This document shows, in pieces, positions 57,838 to 64,000 of a DNA stretch of 64,000 bases. The stretch covers positions 34,973 through 98,972 of the forward strand of contig DF237093.1 of NCBI GenBank assembly GCA_000708835.1, written 5' to 3'. A model generated the notes under the pieces. It saw nothing but the letters and a program-made list of their open reading frames with translations, searched no databases and was not told the origin of the DNA. The first letter of the stretch is position 1. Every line of letters starts with the position of its first letter. This stretch comes from Klebsormidium nitens. Its lineage: Eukaryota; Plantae; Klebsormidiophyceae. The translations under genes were made by a program, and so were the position numbers.

Positions 57838-60800
57838 ATGGCGGAAGCGCGGGATACTTGGCGCTCTGGGAATGCGGGGCCTAGCCCGGAAGGCGCGGTT
57901 CCTGCCTTTAGGCCCAGCGCAATGAGGGCGGCTCCGGGTTTGAATATGCGACCTGGGCCTGGCAATGGGGTGCCTGCTGAGAAGAGGGAAGGAGAGGCAA
58001 AGGCAGAGCAGTCCGGGGAGGCGGAATTGAGTTCAGAGGAGAGGCAAAGGCAGGCAGAGGAGAGGGAAAGGGCGGAGCGGCAGAGGGAGGAAGAGGAGAA
58101 GCAGAGGCGGAGCGAGGAGCTCAAGAAGGGGCTGCATCCATTGCAGGTGGGCTGGTGGAGGTTTTCAAATCCGACAAATGGTGGCTACTTTTGTGGTTCC
58201 TGCATGGCATCTGGTGAAAAATAAGAACGTCGGAAAGCAATGAAATTGACAAAGAGCAAAGCTATTTTGATGTACGCTGGCCTGATCCGAAAGTCCAAAG
58301 GTGCATTCCTTCTGGTCGCCAGAAGCGGAGTGTGTGTGCTGATTTGCCCGTCTGCTCAACGGAAAACTCTTATAGAGCACACCATTCCTCAATCGTAATC
58401 ATACCTTTCCAATTTCGCCGTCGACTGTCCAGAAAAAAGTGGACATGTATCAGGGTTTCAGGGTGCCATCATTGAATTTGCCACCCACCACCGGCCACGG
58501 CATGCTTTTGCCAAACACGCTTCCATTGGACCTGAAGTGGTGTGGAACCGCACAGGGTTTTATCTCCCGACCTTCCTTTCATTGTTCCAGACTGCATCAC
58601 CAGATTGCAAGTGGCAACTCTCCCACCGTCATCTTAGTTGGTGTCTTTCTTTTCCACTTGTCTTCTTCGCATTTCCTGAAAAGACGCTAGGAGGGTTCCG
58701 AGAAACTGTGGCCCGTTATCCTCCGGCCGCCGAAGTTAACAATCGCTGCATTCTTGAGGTCCTGGCAATTGAGTTGGTCAGAGTCGCTACGACGAAGTGA
58801 CACGTTTCGACCTATAATGTGATCTGCCCCATTATTGTGCAGGACTGCTACGTCTTCTGGTTCTCAAAGAGGGGTTCTGGGCCAGCGGCGCAGCGTACAG
58901 CATACGAGGACACAATCAAAAGGATCTCGGAGTTCAGCACCGTAGAGGGCTTCTGGTGCACGTACTGCCACCTTCTGAAAGCGAACGCCCTGCCAAACTA
59001 CACCGATTATCATCTCTTCAAGAAAAGCATTAGGCCGCTGTGGGAGGTACGAGGTCACCGTAAGACTCATTGCCAGCTTGATGCGATGGTTATGTTTTTA
59101 AAAAGTACAAAAGGCTGGTGGGGTCGCGAACTTTGGGCGTTACGTTCAGAGTCGTCCGTCCTGGTTGAGACTCGTGCTCGCTGAAATAAGGTTCGTCATC
59201 TCCCAGTGGCACCTTGCTTGTGACCCCAGTAAATAGAAAATAGTGATTTTTGTCATATTGAGCCACCGTTTGGTGGCTGCTCCTTCAAACAATTTACCAC
59301 GTGAGCACAGGCTTTTGTGGACGACACTCCGCGCATAAAATTTTCTTTGAACTTGCTATTCCTGCCCGTCATACGCCCGACAAAGGGTGGCCATTTTTAT
59401 TTTCGTGCTACTTTTGATGAGGACCGGGATATCATCCACATGTTGAAACATGCATGGGATGTTATGGTCGGTGTAAACCACCTTCTCAAAGAATCTCTGT
59501 GTTGTTTGAAATAGCTTTATTGGTGAGGGAGTCCTGCGGCCAGTTTCAGTGCGATTGGGCTGGCATATTGTTTCAACAGGAGATTGACAGGATCGTTGGA
59601 GCTCAGGATTCCGAAAGAGCTGGGATGGTTTCATCCATCATCTTTGCACATTGCCAGTACAAAGCTGAAGGCCCACCTCTGGTAATGTCTGATTCGCTTG
59701 CTGTTTCTTCAGGACGATCGCAATCGGGCTGGGGGCAAGTGGATACTGCGGTTCAACAAGAAGCTGTCTGGTCGGTATTGGGAGGAACTGGTGAGCTCCG
59801 TACCCTGGATGCTCTTAACTCTAGCCTGTCGTTTTTGAGCAGAAAGTAAACCGCAAAGCTTTAAGAGTTTGAAGGCCTTTTTTGTGTACAGCCTCTGGGC
59901 AACATTGCACCTATCCGCAGTGGTTAGAAGCTCCGGTCTACATTCGTGAGTGCTCAACGCATTGGTGCACCATAGTATAAACTTCCCGAAAACATCACGG
60001 GCTGGTGGATCTTTGACCCGTATTAGCTCTTGCTTAGACGTATCTTTGGCCAGGTGCTTACGCGTGGAGCTGGGCAGCTTGAAAGTGTACTAGCGAAGTC
60101 AGGTGTTCGAATCGTCGAAGGATTTAAGCAAATCTCTTAAATTCATTATTTGGCCAGTAAGCGAACAGTCTCGTAAATGCGGACCACCCACTTTTCAAGA
60201 CGTGCGGTTCGACAACCACTCGTGTTTTCTCTCAGCTGTTGCCATCATGGCCTCACCCTCTTCTTGAAACGTAGTGACACATCTTCAGCACAGGGAATGA
60301 GCGCGCAACTTCAATCCCTTGTAAGGCTTCGGTGCGAAATTCTTCCACTGCGTGCTTATGATGACGTTCTTGCCATACATTCTAACTTCGTTGACGGCTC
60401 TAGACCCCTCGATTTTGGTATTCAGGGACCTTCTGACCAGACCTTCGTCGGTGCAAGCACGCTTCCGCCCTGGATCCGTCTCCAATTCCCTTCCAAATAC
60501 ACCCGAACTTTCCCCCGCAGGTGCTGGCCCTGATAGGCGACCAGGTGGACTATGCGGACTCAGTGTGTGGCGCCGTATTGAGCTTGCGTAGTGGGGAGGA
60601 CATCATCAGTGTCTGGAATCGGGATGCGTCCGATCAGCAGGTCAGCCCACTCCTTCCACGTCCGTTATAACGTGACCAGGAATTTCACGGGTTTGAGATT
60701 TGAGCGTGTGTATCGGTCGGCAGACGCCCAGCAAAGCTTCTGTTGAACTCTTTATTGAAGGTACGGGAGAAAGGGACGTAATCCGAAAACGAAAGTCTAG

Positions 60801-61760
60801 GCGGAGAGAAGAATGCAGAACAGATCTCGTCAGTATTACAGCATGGATCTCGTCTCGAATGTGAGCACTTACTCATTTTAGTCAAGAGCGTCGCAACCTA
60901 TGTGCACGGGGGACAACAGGGGTGGCCAGGTGTCCCCCTGTTGTTGCTCGGTCTGCATTTGGTGGGTGAATGGGTTCCTCTTCTCTTGTGCTGCCGAATT
61001 GACAATTACAAAGCGCCGCTCGTAATAGAGGCTTGTGGGGTATCGCTGAGCAACACAAAGCACGAAGCGTGATGGCAATTGAAACTTCATTTGGGATCCA
61101 CAACTCGATGAGAAGAGCTTTCAACTCAGTCTGCCACGAACAACACTTCACATTCTGGACCTGTGTCCGACCTGCGGCGGAGTTGGTCTTGGCAGCACGG
61201 CTTCTCTAGGTGATGGAGAACGCTGCAGAAGATACTCTGGCTGTATTTTCGAGAGCCCGAAAGTGCATGCTGGGGTGTCAGAGACGATTTATGTTGGCCG
61301 GGAAAGTTGTGCCTGGAAAACTTTTAGCTGGTCACCCATATCTGGAGTGACTCAGAAATTGCCGAGATTAGCCCAAGAAAGATCCTGGCATGTATGTCTG
61401 CTCCGCAGGCGACGATGCTACTGCGGGACTCCATCAAGAAGCATCTTCAGCTGCCCCCTAGTTACTTGATGGTACGTCCAACCCCTCCCATTATCCTCCT
61501 TAGCGACCTTGCCGTCTTTGCCTGTGTGTAAGAGCCTCTTCCACTTACCACTCTGCTCAATCGAACCGCTTTGGCTTCCAAAAATGGGGGTTACAGGTGA
61601 TAGTTGAAGGTTCGGATATGATTAAGGACCGGTGCTTCTCTTTGTAACACTCTACTTCGTAGCTGCTAACAAGTACCTTCTTCGCTTCCAGGAGTACAAA
61701 CCGCACGACGCCTCTCTTAAGGACCACTCGTCATTCAGGAACACTTGGTTGCGAGGATGA
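57838..61760 (+). CDS. nCBP: Novel cap-binding protein (eIF4E class II, nCBP/4EHP)
   Basis: EELKKGLHPLQ|..YVFWFSKR...FSTVEGFWCTYCHL...DYHLFKKSIRPLWE|DDRNRAGGKWILRF...RYWEEL|VLALIGDQ...VCGAVLSLRSGEDIISVWNR|...LQLPPSYLM|EYKPHDASLKDHSSFRNTWLRG*. The C-terminus is plant nCBP-like. Confidence 0.93.
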
Positions 61761-62929
61761 TGCGACCCCCATATCTTGCAGTTTTTAAACGAGGATCTGC
61801 TCAGTGTGGTCTCAAGTGGCTGTGAAGATTGCGCCTTGCAAACCTTCACGGCGCACCACCTTGTCTTTGTGTTGTGCCTTGCGTCACATGTATTCACACT
61901 TACATCTATACAATATGCTGTTGCATGCAAAATCATAATATGGCAAGACCGTACGGTGAGACGAAACTTCTGACCTGCTACAATACCATTCAACAAGGCG
62001 GTCTCACGCAATCAAAGACGGTAAATGGAATGCGATCCTCACAATACCACTTTGCTTGCGATCCTGCAATGCATGTCTTAACTTTGTAACTCCACATATG
62101 TTATCTCTAACATGTCACCTTGCCCAGACGGTTCGAGGCTAGCATGGCGTCAATATCACATGCCGCGAAACGCATCGCTGAGTTGCATGGGCATGTTCAT
62201 CAATTTGAGAAGTTTCGCTCTAGGTTGGCCAGCAACAAATCTCTACCCCAAAATGAGTCATTTGTTGCAAAGTTAAAGCTTGCCTCTCCATGAAACGGCT
62301 ACTATTTAAATATCGCGAATCATATGCTGCGTAGCTCTAGGCTTAGGTTCATATATGCCGTAATTCGTGGTTTAATTGTTGAAAGGGTCTCAATGACTTG
62401 AAGTATCAGAAGTATGCTCGTTTTGCTATTGTGGCCGACACCTTGAATATTTGCCAGCCTGTGTTGGCTATTGCCGACCTCGAGTCCGCAAAACCTTTGA
62501 TTGACAAACTTCGCCGACCTTGTATTGCCAAATTTCAGGCTTTCGGCGGCCGCTTATCGATGTCGACCTTCTTTAGTGACCTTCCACCTGGAATCAGCCC
62601 GAAATCCTGCTGCATGCTAAGCCCGTGGCGGCCGGCGGCTTCATACGGACATCATCATACCGTCCTTTGCCAACGGTTGTCACGAGGCCGTTATCGAAAT
62701 CATATATAATGTAGTGTTAATCTTCTAACCAAAAAGCTCCAAAAATTCTACTACGCCGTCGGACCTTTGATCTTGTGGCTGCATGGCCTTTTTAAAAACA
62801 GCTCGGATACAAATGCTATTTCTTTTCTGAAGAGATTGAATAATGGTCAATTCTCCGGTAAATTACGGGCCTCGGTAACTTTGGAAGGGCCGGCTCGAAA
62901 ATGTATGAAACATGCTCGAACCTGCCGGT

Positions 62930-64000
62930 CGGTCTTTGCCGGCTCCCACGCTCTACCGGCCTTAGCCAACTTGTGCTGCTAGAGTGCTAGCATTTGCCGA
63001 CCTTCTTTGCCAACCATCTTTTGCCGGCAAGTTGCGATCTAAGTTTGCCGGCCATTGGGCTACATTTACTATTTAGTGCCGACTTAATCTTCTAAGCCCT
63101 GCCGAATGCCGACCTTCCGATGCCGGCCTTCCGCCGCCGGCCTTCCGCTGTCGGCCTTTGCCGACCTTTCATGTCATGTCAGCCTTTGCCAGCCGTTGTC
63201 AGTGTGCATGCTGGCCAACCTTGAGTCCGTTGCCGGCCTTCCATTGCTGCAGCCTTTGCCGACCTTTTTGCCGGCCTTTGCTCCGCCTTTGAACAAGTTA
63301 TTTGATGAAGGAATCTTCTGTGGCTTTGCCGGCCTTCGAGACTCTCAAGTTGCCGGCCTTTGCCGACCTACTTCTGGGGAACCTTTTCAGACCTTTTTCG
63401 GCAGCCTTCAAGCCGACCTTTTTTGCTAACCTTTGCCGGCATTTGCTGTGCCGACCTTCCGCTGCCGGCCTTTGCCGCCTCCTTCTGCCAACCTAAGTTT
63501 GCCTGGATCGAGATGTTAGCCTTTGCTGACTTAGTTTGATAGCCTTTGCCGACATATTCAATGGCCTTTGCGAGTCGGCCTTCTTCTCAAATTGGTGACT
63601 TCGCCGGCGGCCTTTGCCAATTCTAGGTTTGCCGGCCTTTGCCGACCTTTTTGCAAGCCTTTGCCGACCTTTTATGCCGGCGTTTGCCGGCCCTTTGCCA
63701 GATGCCAACTTTCCGCTGCCGGCTTTCCGCTGCTGGCCTTTGCCAATCTTTTATGCCACCCTTAACCAGGCTTTGCCACGTGCTGGCCTTCCGCTGCCGG
63801 CCTTTTGCTGAGGGCCTTCAGTTGCCGACCGTTTATGGGCCAGCCTTTGCCGGCCTTTGTTTGTGCGAAAATTTTGCTAGGTACCGGCCTCCCGCTGCCA
63901 GCCTTTGCTGACCTTTCATGTCAGCCTTTGTCGGCCTTTGCTTGTGCCGACCTTCCGCTGCCGGCCTTCCGCTGCCAGCCTTTGCCAACCTTTCTGCCGG
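62930..64000 (+). repeat. Degenerate C/T-rich minisatellite, core GCCG(G/A)CCTTT and CCGCTGCCGGCCTT; continues past the window end
   Basis: Dozens of imperfect GCCGGCCTTT / GCCGACCTTT / GCCAACC units, with scattered precursors from ~62450. Confidence 0.9.

Noticed and set aside
62930-64000. CRISPR array or repeat-protein CDS
   Set aside because: No constant repeat/spacer structure, and frames are interrupted by stops.

Overview
Gene-dense, intron-rich eukaryotic nuclear DNA. Plant-type orthologues (SCE1, UVH1/XPF, nCBP, a ZF-HD-type zinc finger), GC-rich exons and GT-AG introns suggest a streptophyte alga such as Klebsormidium (inference). Genes, in order: alpha/beta-hydrolase (-, runs off the left edge), intronless bacterial-type VOC/PhnB (+), ZF-HD-finger/GNAT fusion copy 1 (+), a 219-nt N gap, ubiquitin-RPS27a (-), SUMO E2 SCE1 (+), Uma2/DUF820-like protein (-), XPF/UVH1 (+), ZF-HD-finger/GNAT fusion copy 2 (-), MO25-like (+), KCR-like SDR (+), divergent Ycf54-like (-), an unknown protein (+), ZNF474-like C2HC finger protein (-), nCBP/eIF4E class II (+), and a degenerate GCCGGCCTTT minisatellite running off the right edge. 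The main finding is a pair of paralogues with identical coding-exon structure (44 nt, 28 nt, long exon). Two micro-exons missed by the ORF track build a ZF-HD dimerisation-type zinc finger. It is followed by three TIxExAxxLG repeats, a SIM-like (I/V)VDLT plus bipartite NLS, and a C-terminal GNAT domain resembling bacterial LuxI/FeeM acyltransferases where the homeodomain would normally be. All gene models were built by eye and no database searches were run.
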